A stretch of DNA of 64,000 nt. Source: Deltaproteobacteria bacterium. GTDB taxonomy: Bacteria; Myxococcota; Kuafuiibacteriia; Kuafuiibacteriales; Kuafuiibacteriaceae. The stretch spans positions 64,001-128,000 of the forward strand of contig JAVJQW010000018.1 of NCBI GenBank assembly GCA_040218735.1, written 5' to 3'. The notes under the pieces were generated by a model. It worked only from the letters and a program-made list of their open reading frames with translations. It was not told where the DNA came from and searched no databases. Positions within the stretch are counted from its first letter, which is position 1, and each line of letters opens with the position of its first letter. The position numbers were made by a program, and so were the translations under genes. This document shows positions 27,257 through 36,632 of this stretch, piece by piece.

Positions 27257-28563
27257 TGATGACCACCGGCGCTCTCGTCGGGCTGGCACTCGTCGCCCAG
27301 GCCGACCCGCTCATCGCCAACGACAACCCGAGATACACTCCCGTGGTCGGGGTCGTCCGCCAGGCGGGCCCCGCCGTCGTGAACATCGCGACGGAGAAAC
27401 GCGTGCAGAAGAACCCGTTCTCGCGGAGTCGCGGCAACGACTTCTTCAACCGGTTCTTCTCGCGTACCCCGCGCCGCGACCGTCAGGAGTCGTTGGGGTC
27501 GGGCGTGATCATCGATCCGAGCGGTCTCGTGCTCACGAACGAACACGTGATCGCGCAGGCCTCGAACATCACGATCACGCTCTCGGACCGCCGCACGTTC
27601 GCCGTCGACGTGGTCGGCGCGGATCCGTCGTTCGACCTCGCGGTGCTCAAGGTGCGCAACGCGCCGAAGGATCTGCCGGCGGTCGCGATAGGGACCTCTT
27701 CGGACCTGATGATCGGCGAGACCCTCGTGGCGATCGGCAACCCGTTCGGGCTCGCGAACTCCGTCACCACCGGCGTCGTGTCGGCGCTGCACCGATCGAT
27801 CGAAGCGGAGGACCGCAACTACGAGGACTTCGTGCAGACCGACGCCGCGATCAACCCGGGCAACTCGGGCGGTGCGCTGTTGAACGTCGAGGGCAAGCTC
27901 ATCGGGATCAACACGGCGATCTACAGCGCGGCGAACGGCATCGGGTTCGCGATCCCCGTCGACCAGGCGATGGCCGTGGTGCAGGAGGTCCTCAACTACG
28001 GCGAGGTCCGCGCCGGCTTCACCGGGTTGTTCGTGGTGCCGTCGGAACGCGGTGGCGCCGAGGTCGCGTACGTCGTTCCGGACAGCCCGGCCGAGGGCGC
28101 CGGGATGCGTCGCGGCGACGTGATCACCGACGTCGGCGGCCGTGAGATCAAGGACGGCCGCGGGTACCGGCACGTCGAGCAGGCCATGATCCCCGGACGG
28201 CGCGTGAAGCTGCGCGTCCGCCGCGGCCGCGCGGAGTCCACGGTCGAGCTCACCGTCGCGGAGCTCGACCGCAAGACGGCCGTCGAGCTGGGCCGTCGTC
28301 GTCTGGGCCTCGACGTCGTGGAGCAACAGGGCGCTCTCGTCGTGAAACGTGTCGCGAAGAAGAGCTACGCCGCGCGCGTCGGCATTGCCCCCGGGGACCT
28401 GCTCCTCTCCGTGGGCAGCCGGCGCCTCACGAAGGCTTCGGATTTCGAGGACTTCTGCGCCGCCGTGTACGACGTCGAGGCCGTGACCATCGTAATCGGC
28501 CGCCGCGGCCGCGCGTACTACGTCCACCTCGAGCTCGATCCGATCCTCGGCCCCGCCGGGTAG
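27253..28563 (+). CDS. HtrA/DegP-family serine protease with two PDZ domains
   Basis: ATGA overlap with kinase; GSGVII, TNEHV, DLAVLK, QTDAAINPGNSGG. Confidence 0.93.
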   Translation: MMMTTGALVGLALVAQADPLIANDNPRYTPVVGVVRQAGPAVVNIATEKRVQKNPFSRSRGNDFFNRFFSRTPRRDRQESLGSGVIIDPSGLVLTNEHVIAQASNITITLSDRRTFAVDVVGADPSFDLAVLKVRNAPKDLPAVAIGTSSDLMIGETLVAIGNPFGLANSVTTGVVSALHRSIEAEDRNYEDFVQTDAAINPGNSGGALLNVEGKLIGINTAIYSAANGIGFAIPVDQAMAVVQEVLNYGEVRAGFTGLFVVPSERGGAEVAYVVPDSPAEGAGMRRGDVITDVGGREIKDGRGYRHVEQAMIPGRRVKLRVRRGRAESTVELTVAELDRKTAVELGRRRLGLDVVEQQGALVVKRVAKKSYAARVGIAPGDLLLSVGSRRLTKASDFEDFCAAVYDVEAVTIVIGRRGRAYYVHLELDPILGPAG

Positions 28564-28596
28564 ATCGTCGCGGCGCGCCGTGCGTTCATCCCCTTC

Positions 28597-31500
28597 ATGG
28601 CCTTCGTACGGGTGAGATCCGTCCTCTGTGTTCTGACCCTCCTGACGCTCACCCGCTGCGCCGCCCGAGGCCCCGCCCCGGCCAAGAGCGCCGCCGAGCC
28701 CAACCCCGCCGCCGAGCAGGCCGCCTTCGAGGCTCAGGGGCTCGACGCCCCGCGCACCGAAGCGCGCGAGCGACCCGACGCCGCTCGGCTCGACCTCGCG
28801 CAGCTCTCCGAGGCCTTCGGTCCCGCGACCGAAGCGAGCCCGGACGAGGTCGCCCGCATGGCGCAGAAGGGCCGCGTCGACGCGGTCGAGGACACGAGCG
28901 TCGCGACGATCGCCTCCGAGTCGGTTCAGAGCTCCGCCGACGAGGACGAGCGGGCCGAGCCCCCGCCGCCACCTCCGCCCGCGCCGCGCCGGAGCACGAC
29001 CATCCCCCGGCCCGACGATGACGCGCGGATCGAGTCGCGCCGCTCGGAGGGCGGCGAGTCCACCAAGCTCCGCGAGAAGAAGAAGCGGGGCAAGCGCGAC
29101 ACCCGCGGTCCGGGGAAGAAGCAGGAGGCGAAGGAGAAGGCCAAGGACGTCGGAAACTTCGACCTCAACGAGTCGTCCGGCGAGGACCTCATGGCGCAGA
29201 CCGTGCTCCCGGCCATCGAGCGCCGCCCCGCGCTCGGCAAGATCCTCGTGCGTGGCGCGGACGGAAAGATGACCGCGCTCGTGCCGCGCGCCGTGCGCGT
29301 CGTCGCGCACGTGCAGGGGCCACGCGCCCGCACCGTCGTCGACTACGTGTTCGAGAACCCGCAGGACAAGCGGCTCGAAGGCACGTTCTACCACCCGCTC
29401 CCCGCGGACGCCTCGCCGGCGGGTTTCTCGATGTTCGACGGCACCCGGCGTGTCGAGAACCAGCGCTTCTTCTCGTCGGCGAAGCTCCTCCCCAAGCTCC
29501 CGAAGGGCACGATCGCCGCGGGCTCGATCATCCCCGCGACGCCCGCGCGCGGCGGGTCGGTGAAGTGGGGCGCGCGCCAGCAGGCGCGCGTGGTGGAGCA
29601 GAAGCGGGCGCGTGAGGTCTACGAGGCCATCGTCCGCAGCGACGTGGACCCGGCGCTCCTCGAGTGGTCCGGCGGGAGTAACTTCGAAGCGCGTGTGTTT
29701 CCGATCGAGGCCAAGAGCCTCAAGCGCGTCGTCGTCGCGTACGAGCAGCCGCTGGTGTTCGACGGCAAGCGCTACCGGTACGGCTACACGATGCCGTCCG
29801 AGCCGACGCTCGTCGAGCGATCCGCTTCGCTGTTCGTCGACCAGCTCCACGGCGCGATCGTCGCGGCGCCGTCGGCCGCGAAGGCGCGAGGCAAGAAGCA
29901 GCGGTGGGCGCGCTTCGACGTGCCAAAGGCCGAACCCGGCGCGACGCTCGAGGTCGCCGTCGAGCCCAACGAACACGGCGCGGTGCTGCGCGGTGAAGAC
30001 CGCACCGGGATGGGGGGCGAGTCCTTCTACGCGGAGGTTCGGCCCGCGCTCCCCGAGGCGACCGACCGCGCGACGAACCGTGCGCTCATCCTGCTCGACA
30101 CGTCGCTGTCTTCCGACGAAGGCGGGACCCACGCGCGTCGCCAGGCGCTGATCCAGGCGCTCCTCGAGAAGGACAGCTCGATCGAGGAGTACGCGGTGAT
30201 GCTCTTCGACGTGCGCCCGCGGTGGCTGCACGCGATCGGCTGGCGCGCGAACACGCCGTTCAACCGCGCCGCGACCTACGCGGATCTGCGGCGGGTCTAC
30301 CTGGAGGGCGCGACGAGCTTTGCGTCGGTGCTCGACGAGCTGCAGGCGCAGCGCGCGTGGGCGGTCGACGGCGCGAAGACCACGGTCTTCTTGTTGTCCG
30401 ACGGTGAGATCACGTGGGGCCTCGATCGCGAGGAGGCGCTCCCGGCGCGGTACCCGATCGTCTCCGACGTCCGCTGGGTGACGTACCGATTCGGCGAGGC
30501 CGCCGCGAACGCCGCGCTCTTCGATCTCCTCTCGCGCGAGAGCGGTGGACAGACCGTGAGTGTGTTGTCCGAGGCCGACGCCCCCGCTGCGGCGCTTGCG
30601 CACCGGCGCGTGCCGGTCTCGCTCGAGTCCGTGCAGGTCGAGGGTGCGCCTTCGGCCGACGTCGTCGTCGCGGGCAACCCGCAGCTCGTCTACCCGGGGC
30701 AGACGCTGCGCATCGCCGGCCGGCTCCCGGAGGGGATGGAGGCGCAGCTCGTGGTGACGCTCGCCTCCGGCGGGTCGAGCAACGCGGTGCGGGTGCCGCT
30801 CGCGAACCTCGAAGACCACTTCGCGCCGCGCGCGTGGGCCGAGCTGCACGCGCAGCGCCTGATCGCGCTCGACGATCCTCGCCTCGACCGGATGGTCGTC
30901 GCGCTCTCGCAGCACTACCGGCTCGCCAACGCGCGGGCCTCGATGTTGATCCTCGAGAACGACGCGCAGGCCGAGGCCTTCGCGCTGAAGGACGAGCAAG
31001 TCGACTTGCACGACCTCGAAGCGCTCCGCCGCAGCGAAGCGGACCAACGTCGCGCGGCGTTGCTGGGCCTCGCGCTCGACGGGGTCACGCCCGCGCACCA
31101 AAACCTCCTCGAAGCGATTCGTCGCAGCGCCGACGGAGCGGAGCCCGTGCTCCGACCGCAGCCGCTCCTCGAGCTCCCCTTCAGCGGCGGCCCCGAGCGG
31201 ATGCAGGCCGAGCTGGAGTACCGCCGGGCGCGCGAAGCCGACACCAACGACATCCTCCTGTACGAGCGCATCGCGCGGGCGCGGGCGCTCGCGGGGGACA
31301 CCGCCGGCGCGGTGCGCGCGTTGTCGACGACGGTCGAGCTTCGACCGCGCGACGCGGAGGCGATGCGCCTCGTCGGCTACGCGCTCCTCGCGGTCGCGCA
31401 GTACGACGTGGCCGTGGAGCTGTTCGAGCGCATTCGACTGCTGCGGCCGTTCGAGCCGCAGGCGTACCTGGAGGAGGCGCTCGCCCTCGACGCGGAGGGA

Positions 31501-32085
31501 CGCTACGGCGAGGCGGCGCGCAACTACGAGATCGTGCTGGCGCGATCGTGGAACCGCCACGACGAGCAGGCGAAGACGGCCGCACGTCTGCACTACGGTC
31601 GGCTGTTGCGCGCGCTCGCGCAGCGCGCGCCGGGCGGGACGCGCCAGGCGTTGGAGGCGCGCTTCGCGGAGCTCGCGAGCGTGAGCGCTTCGCTCGCTTC
31701 GGGGGCGATGGATTTCCAGCTGACGATCCACTGGTCGACGGACTCGGTGGACATCGACCTGTGGGTCTTCGAGCCGACCGGGGAGAAGTGCGCCTACGAC
31801 AACCCCGAGACCGAGACGGGGGGCCGCCTGCTGTGGGACATCACCGACGGTATGGGACCGGAGGTCTACCAGGCGGCCGCGACCCGGACGGGGGCTTACG
31901 ACACCCTCGTGCACTTCTACGGGAGCGGAGCGCCGCGTATGCAGGCACCGACCGCGTTGTTGATGGTCGTCGACGAGGCCCCCTGGTCGACGGGCGGGGC
32001 GGCATCGAGAAAATTCCTGATGCGGATGCTCCCGAAGCGGGACGCGGTGCTGATGATGCGGACCGACTACTTCGCGGGGAGCTGA
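28597..32085 (+). CDS. VIT + vWA + TPR + DUF2135-like exported protein
   Basis: VIT 'ARTVVDYVFEN...LEGTF..PLP...DPALLEW..GSNFEARVFPI'; vWA 'LLDTSLS', 'LLSDG'; TPR helices; 'DIDLWVFEPTGEKC.Y...DITDGMGPE'. Confidence 0.8.
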   Translation: MAFVRVRSVLCVLTLLTLTRCAARGPAPAKSAAEPNPAAEQAAFEAQGLDAPRTEARERPDAARLDLAQLSEAFGPATEASPDEVARMAQKGRVDAVEDTSVATIASESVQSSADEDERAEPPPPPPPAPRRSTTIPRPDDDARIESRRSEGGESTKLREKKKRGKRDTRGPGKKQEAKEKAKDVGNFDLNESSGEDLMAQTVLPAIERRPALGKILVRGADGKMTALVPRAVRVVAHVQGPRARTVVDYVFENPQDKRLEGTFYHPLPADASPAGFSMFDGTRRVENQRFFSSAKLLPKLPKGTIAAGSIIPATPARGGSVKWGARQQARVVEQKRAREVYEAIVRSDVDPALLEWSGGSNFEARVFPIEAKSLKRVVVAYEQPLVFDGKRYRYGYTMPSEPTLVERSASLFVDQLHGAIVAAPSAAKARGKKQRWARFDVPKAEPGATLEVAVEPNEHGAVLRGEDRTGMGGESFYAEVRPALPEATDRATNRALILLDTSLSSDEGGTHARRQALIQALLEKDSSIEEYAVMLFDVRPRWLHAIGWRANTPFNRAATYADLRRVYLEGATSFASVLDELQAQRAWAVDGAKTTVFLLSDGEITWGLDREEALPARYPIVSDVRWVTYRFGEAAANAALFDLLSRESGGQTVSVLSEADAPAAALAHRRVPVSLESVQVEGAPSADVVVAGNPQLVYPGQTLRIAGRLPEGMEAQLVVTLASGGSSNAVRVPLANLEDHFAPRAWAELHAQRLIALDDPRLDRMVVALSQHYRLANARASMLILENDAQAEAFALKDEQVDLHDLEALRRSEADQRRAALLGLALDGVTPAHQNLLEAIRRSADGAEPVLRPQPLLELPFSGGPERMQAELEYRRAREADTNDILLYERIARARALAGDTAGAVRALSTTVELRPRDAEAMRLVGYALLAVAQYDVAVELFERIRLLRPFEPQAYLEEALALDAEGRYGEAARNYEIVLARSWNRHDEQAKTAARLHYGRLLRALAQRAPGGTRQALEARFAELASVSASLASGAMDFQLTIHWSTDSVDIDLWVFEPTGEKCAYDNPETETGGRLLWDITDGMGPEVYQAAATRTGAYDTLVHFYGSGAPRMQAPTALLMVVDEAPWSTGGAASRKFLMRMLPKRDAVLMMRTDYFAGS

Positions 32086-32136
32086 GGGAACTTTCGACAC
32101 CGTCCGCGAGGATCTGTTAGCGTCCGAAGACCAGCT

Positions 32137-32667
32137 TTGAGGGGGATGGCGATCATCGGCGTCGCGGCGCTCGCTGCGGCCTGTGCGACAGAGGCGCCTG
32201 AGGTGCAGGTCGAAGTCGATCGCCTCGACCGCGCCGCTGCGCAGGGCATCGCGGCCGTTCGACGCGCCGTGAAGGACCCGTCGCTGGAGTTCAACGAGCT
32301 GGGCGTCGGCGTCGAGACCGTCGAGCTCGCCGCGCGTGGCCTGCGATCCCTCGCGGACGACGCCCGCATCCCGTCGGCGGTGCGGGTGTCGGCGATGCTC
32401 GCGGAGGCACGTGCGTACGACGACCTCACGATCACCTTCGAGGCCACGAGCCAGGGGCAGCACTTCGTCGAGGATCAGGAGGTCCTGAACCAGATCTTCG
32501 CGGACAAGGCGCTCCCGATGCGCACCTCGGCCCGTGACGCCTACGTCCGCGCGCGCGCGCTGGCGTGCCGCACGGACCTCGCCGAGCCGGCGATGATGCT
32601 GGAGATCCTCGACGGCATCTCCCGGTACGTCGGGGAAGACGCCGCGACCGGGCCCTGCGCGCCCTGA
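32137..32667 (+). CDS. Hypothetical helical lipoprotein
   Basis: Lipobox LAAAC; alternative ATG start at 32146. Confidence 0.6.
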   Translation: MRGMAIIGVAALAAACATEAPEVQVEVDRLDRAAAQGIAAVRRAVKDPSLEFNELGVGVETVELAARGLRSLADDARIPSAVRVSAMLAEARAYDDLTITFEATSQGQHFVEDQEVLNQIFADKALPMRTSARDAYVRARALACRTDLAEPAMMLEILDGISRYVGEDAATGPCAP

Positions 32668-32712
32668 TTCGACCGCGTCGCGGGGCCCAAAGTTGGGTAG
32701 GCTCGCGCTCCC

Positions 32713-34386
32713 ATGACGGATCTGTTCGAGCGCGTGGCGGCCTACGTCGCGCGTGATGTCGATGAACACGACGCCGAGGCGCTGACGGCGCTCCTCACGC
32801 TCGCACGCGACGGCGACGAGGGTGCGCGCGCGGACCTCGAAGATCGCTTCGCCGGGCCGCTCGCCTTCGGGACGGCGGGGCTGCGCGGGTTGTACGGAGC
32901 GGGTGAGACGCGGATGAACCGCGCTACGGTGATCCGCGCGACCTACGGGCTCGTCACGCACGTGCTCGAAGCCGTCGAGGGCGCCGCGGAGCGCGGCATC
33001 GTGATCGGCCGCGACGGGCGCCACGGATCCGAGATCATGGCGCGCGACGCCGCGGCGGTCTGCGCCGCGCGCGGCGTGAAGGTCTGGTGGCTCGAAGGCA
33101 CGACGCCCACCCCGGTGGTTGCGTTCGGGGTGAAGGCGAAGGGCGCGGCGGCGGGCATCGTGGTGACCGCGAGCCACAACCCGCCCGAGTACAACGGGTA
33201 CAAGGTCTACTTCGACAACGGCGCGCAGATCATCCCGCCTACGGACGCCGCGATCGCCGCGGCGATCGAAGCTGCGCCGGCGTCCAACGCGATCGAGCTC
33301 GCGCCCCGCAGCGAGCACATCGTCCCCGCGGACGACCTGCGTGACGAGTACCTCGAAGCGCTCGACACGCTTCGGTTCGTCGACACCGACGTCGGTGCGC
33401 TCTCGGTCGCGTACTCCGCGATGCACGGCGTCGGGCAGGCGCTCTTGCTCGAGGCGTTCGAACGACGCGGCTTCGGCGAGGTTGCGGCGGTGCCCGAGCA
33501 GGCCGAACCGAACGGCGACTTCCCCACGGTGCGCTTCCCGAACCCCGAGGAGCCCGGTGCGCTCGACCTGGTGCTCGCGCTCGCGAAGAAGGAGCGCTCC
33601 GACGTCGTGCTCGTCAACGACCCCGACGCCGATCGGCTCGGGACCGCAGTGCGCGTCGGTGACGACTACCGCGTGCTCAGCGGAAACGAGATCGGCGCGC
33701 TGCTCGCGCACCACGTGTTGACGCACGGGTCCGGCGAGGAGCGGCTGTTCGTGACCACGGTGGTTTCGTCGCAGCGGCTGCGCGCGATGGCGAACGCCGC
33801 AAACGTCGCGTACGCGGAGACGCTCACCGGGTTCAAGTGGATCACGAACCGGGCGATGGACCTCGAGGCCGAGCGCGGCCTCCGCTTCGCGTTCGGCTAC
33901 GAAGAGGCGCTCGGCTACACCGTCGGCACCGTGGTCCGCGACAAGGACGGCATCGGTGCCGCGTTGGTGATGGCGGAGCTCGCCGCGTTCGAGAAAGCGA
34001 AGGGCCGCACGCTCGCCGACACCCTCGCGGATCTCGACGCTGCGCACGGCGCCTACGTCGGGCGGCAGAAGAGCATCACACTCCCCGGTCGCGACGGCGC
34101 CGCGCGCATCGCCGCCGCGATGACCGCGTTGCGCGCGATGACCGTCGATCAGATCGGCGAGGAACAGGTCGAGGCCACCATCGACTACCTGGAGGCCGAC
34201 GGGCCGAAGTCCAACGTCCTCCTCTACGATCTCGCGGGCGGCGGCCGTGTCGCGGTGCGCCCGAGCGGCACCGAGCCGAAGCTGAAGCTGTACCTGGAGA
34301 TCGTCGAAGCCGACGCGGCGCGCGCGACGGCGCGGCTCGACGCGATCCTCGCCGACCTCCTCACCCGGACGAAGCTGAACGACTGA
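32713..34386 (+). CDS. Phospho-sugar mutase (phosphoglucomutase/phosphomannomutase)
   Basis: FGTAGLRG, TASHNP, DPDADR, GYEEALG, RPSGTEPKLK. Confidence 0.95.
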   Translation: MTDLFERVAAYVARDVDEHDAEALTALLTLARDGDEGARADLEDRFAGPLAFGTAGLRGLYGAGETRMNRATVIRATYGLVTHVLEAVEGAAERGIVIGRDGRHGSEIMARDAAAVCAARGVKVWWLEGTTPTPVVAFGVKAKGAAAGIVVTASHNPPEYNGYKVYFDNGAQIIPPTDAAIAAAIEAAPASNAIELAPRSEHIVPADDLRDEYLEALDTLRFVDTDVGALSVAYSAMHGVGQALLLEAFERRGFGEVAAVPEQAEPNGDFPTVRFPNPEEPGALDLVLALAKKERSDVVLVNDPDADRLGTAVRVGDDYRVLSGNEIGALLAHHVLTHGSGEERLFVTTVVSSQRLRAMANAANVAYAETLTGFKWITNRAMDLEAERGLRFAFGYEEALGYTVGTVVRDKDGIGAALVMAELAAFEKAKGRTLADTLADLDAAHGAYVGRQKSITLPGRDGAARIAAAMTALRAMTVDQIGEEQVEATIDYLEADGPKSNVLLYDLAGGGRVAVRPSGTEPKLKLYLEIVEADAARATARLDAILADLLTRTKLND

Positions 34387-34388
34387 CA

Positions 34389-35102
34389 TCAGCAGTCCTC
34401 CACGCAGACGTCGCCGCGGTCGCGGCGCAGCCAGCGCACGAGGACGTCGGCGCGCTGCGCGACCTCCAGCCCTCGACACCCGAGCCCATACGATCGCGAG
34501 GTCACGCCGACGACGCGGCCTTCGACGAGCACCGGTCCGCCGGAGTCTCCGTAACACGCGCCCCCGTCGTCGCCGTCGTAGGTGAGCTCGCGCGCGGTGA
34601 CCTCGCCGAGTCGAACGTCGACGCGGCGCCGGGTGCCGAAGCCTTCGCCGGTCCACCCCGACGTCACGCCGAAGCCCACGACGGTGGCGCGATCGCCGAC
34701 CTCGGGCTCGGCGCCGCGCACTGGGATGGGCGCGACGTCGGGTGTGGACGCGAGGCGGAGGAACGCGGCGTCCTCCCAGTCCGCGTAGGCCTCGGGGTCG
34801 TAGCCGGGCGCGACCGAGGAGCGGGCGACGTCGAACACCGCGTCGTCCGTCGCGAACACGAGGGTGCGCGCGGTGAGCCGCCGGTCCTCGTCGAAGAGGC
34901 AGTGCGCCGCGGTGAGGACGGTGGTTGGTCCGACGAGGGTGCCCGAACAGAAGAAGGCCCAGCCGGTGTCGGTGGTCACGCCGACGAGCCCGACGGCGTG
35001 GTGGGTTCGGTCGTTGCGGCCGCCGACGATGGCGTCGGTCTGCACGCCGAGGTCGGCGCCGCCGCAGGCGGACAGCATGAGGAGGGATGTGAATCGGTGC
35101 AT
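34389..35102 (-). CDS. Trypsin-like (S1) serine protease lipoprotein
   Basis: Lipobox MLSAC; mature IVGG; CSGTL, LTAAHC, GDSGGP. Confidence 0.92.
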   Translation of the reverse strand: MHRFTSLLMLSACGGADLGVQTDAIVGGRNDRTHHAVGLVGVTTDTGWAFFCSGTLVGPTTVLTAAHCLFDEDRRLTARTLVFATDDAVFDVARSSVAPGYDPEAYADWEDAAFLRLASTPDVAPIPVRGAEPEVGDRATVVGFGVTSGWTGEGFGTRRRVDVRLGEVTARELTYDGDDGGACYGDSGGPVLVEGRVVGVTSRSYGLGCRGLEVAQRADVLVRWLRRDRGDVCVEDC

Positions 35103-35115
35103 CGCGCCGTCGAAG

Positions 35116-35131
35116 AGCAACCGGCGGGCCA
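35116..35131 (-). promoter_or_regulatory. Sigma-54 promoter of the trypsin gene
   Basis: Minus strand TGGCCC-GCCGG-TTGCT. Confidence 0.65.
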
Positions 35132-35327
35132 GCGCGCGGCGCGTGTGATGCGGGGCATTCGTTCGATTATCGGATCCGGCGTCCGATTATCGGACGTTGC
35201 GTTCGGACGAATCGGGGCCCGGATCTGCCCATGGTTGGTGTTCACCTGGGGCCGAACCGGTGTTGCTGCACCCGATTCGTGGCGTTGCTGTGCACCTGGA
35301 TCGTGGGCCTAGGGGCGATCGAACGGT

Positions 35328-35343
35328 TGGCCCGGCCGTTGCT
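35328..35343 (+). promoter_or_regulatory. Sigma-54 promoter of the Q/P/C-repeat protein gene
   Basis: TGGCCC-GGCCG-TTGCT; SD AGGAGG downstream. Confidence 0.7.
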
Positions 35344-35389
35344 CTAGGGAGGAAGCGCAACCGCACTTACTTCCCAGGAGGACCCATCA

Positions 35390-36607
35390 ATGTACGGCAT
35401 CAAGAACCAACCCCCCATCAAGTCGCTGCTCTTCAACCTCGCGCAGCAGGGACAGATCAGCCCGCAAGCGCTGGGGATGGTCCTCCAGTTCATGCAGGCG
35501 CGCGCGCAGCATCGACAGATGCGCGGCGGCGGGCAGCCGGGGCAGCAGTTCGGCGCGGCGCCGCGCATGTCGCCGCAGCAGCGTCAGGCCGTGCAGCAGC
35601 TCCGCCAGCTCATGGGCAACAACTTCAACCCCTTCGTGCGCAACCTGATGCGCGGCGGACCCGGCGGCATCAACAAGCTCATGAAGCAGATCCCCGGCTG
35701 TGGCTGTGGCCCCAAGAAGGCCGCGCCCGCGATGCCGAAGGCGTGCGCGCCCCGCCCGAAGGTCTGCGCCCCGCGCCCGAAGATCTGCGGCCCCAAGGCG
35801 CAGCCCCAGCAGCCCGTCGCGCAGCAGCCGAAGGTCTGCGCGCCGCGCCCGAAGGTCTGCGGCCCCACGGCGCAGCCTCAGCAGCCCGTCGAGCTCAAGG
35901 GCAAGGAGAAGGGCGGCTGGCTCGCGGCCCACAAACACAAGAAGAAGGACGGTGACGGCTGGAAGATCACCGGCGGCGAGTACAAGGGCTGCACCGTGAA
36001 GGCGACGAAGACGAAGGGTGTGTTCGACGTCTTCGACGCGAACGGTGCGAAGAAGGGCATCTACAAGGCGCCCAAGGGGAAGAACAAGATCGCTTCGCCG
36101 CTCACCTTCGACCTCAACGGCGACGGCAAGGTCAGCACGACCGACGCGAAGAACGGCAAAAAGTTCGACATCGACGGCGACGGCAAGGCGGACCAGACGT
36201 CGTGGGCCGGCAAGGGCGACGGCGTCCTCGCGTTCGGCAAGGGCAACAGCGGCAAGGAGCTGCTCGGCAACAACACGGACCTCGGCGACGGCAAGAAGTA
36301 CAAGAACGGCTTCGACGCGCTGAAGGGCCTCGCCGAGAAGCACCTGGGCGCCGACGCGACGAAGGACGGCGTGCTCGACAAGTGGGAGCTGTCGCAGCTC
36401 GAGAAGGCGGCGAACCTCCACATGAAGGTCGACGGGCAGAACAAGAGCCTCGCCGACGCTGGCATCGCGGGCATCAACCTCGGCTACACCGAGAACGGCG
36501 CCAACGCGGACGAGAACGGCAACGAGCACCGGCAGGTCGGTGCGGGCTTCATCCGCGACAACGGCGACGTCGGCAAGGTGAACGACGTCTGGTTCCAGTA
36601 CCTGTAA
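35390..36607 (+). CDS. Q/P/M-rich protein with PKVCAPR repeats and C-terminal Ca-binding 'SPLxxDLNGDG' domain
   Basis: No Sec signal; repeats; 'SPLTFDLNGDG', 'FDIDGDG', 'SGKELLG', 'NGFDALK', 'DVWF' typical of hemolysin-type Ca-binding-associated domains. Confidence 0.75.
   Translation: MYGIKNQPPIKSLLFNLAQQGQISPQALGMVLQFMQARAQHRQMRGGGQPGQQFGAAPRMSPQQRQAVQQLRQLMGNNFNPFVRNLMRGGPGGINKLMKQIPGCGCGPKKAAPAMPKACAPRPKVCAPRPKICGPKAQPQQPVAQQPKVCAPRPKVCGPTAQPQQPVELKGKEKGGWLAAHKHKKKDGDGWKITGGEYKGCTVKATKTKGVFDVFDANGAKKGIYKAPKGKNKIASPLTFDLNGDGKVSTTDAKNGKKFDIDGDGKADQTSWAGKGDGVLAFGKGNSGKELLGNNTDLGDGKKYKNGFDALKGLAEKHLGADATKDGVLDKWELSQLEKAANLHMKVDGQNKSLADAGIAGINLGYTENGANADENGNEHRQVGAGFIRDNGDVGKVNDVWFQYL
35735..35890 (+). 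repeat. 21-bp coding tandem repeats (PK[AVI]C[AG]P) within a duplicated larger unit
   Basis: ccgaaggtctgcgc(g/c)ccgcgc-like units, five copies, with two AQPQQPV spacers. Confidence 0.8.
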
Positions 36608-36632
36608 GGCGGTGGTTTCGGGAGTCGGTGCG

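Noticed and set aside
26962-34656. 2564-aa minus-strand ORF, and the long upstream extensions of ORFs such as 22730..27289, 36612..40796, 16566..19814 and 10491..13466
   Set aside because: Antisense shadows of real genes: high-GC codon bias leaves few stops on the opposite strand, and the translations are R/A/V-rich with no motifs. Only the C-terminal parts of some are real genes.
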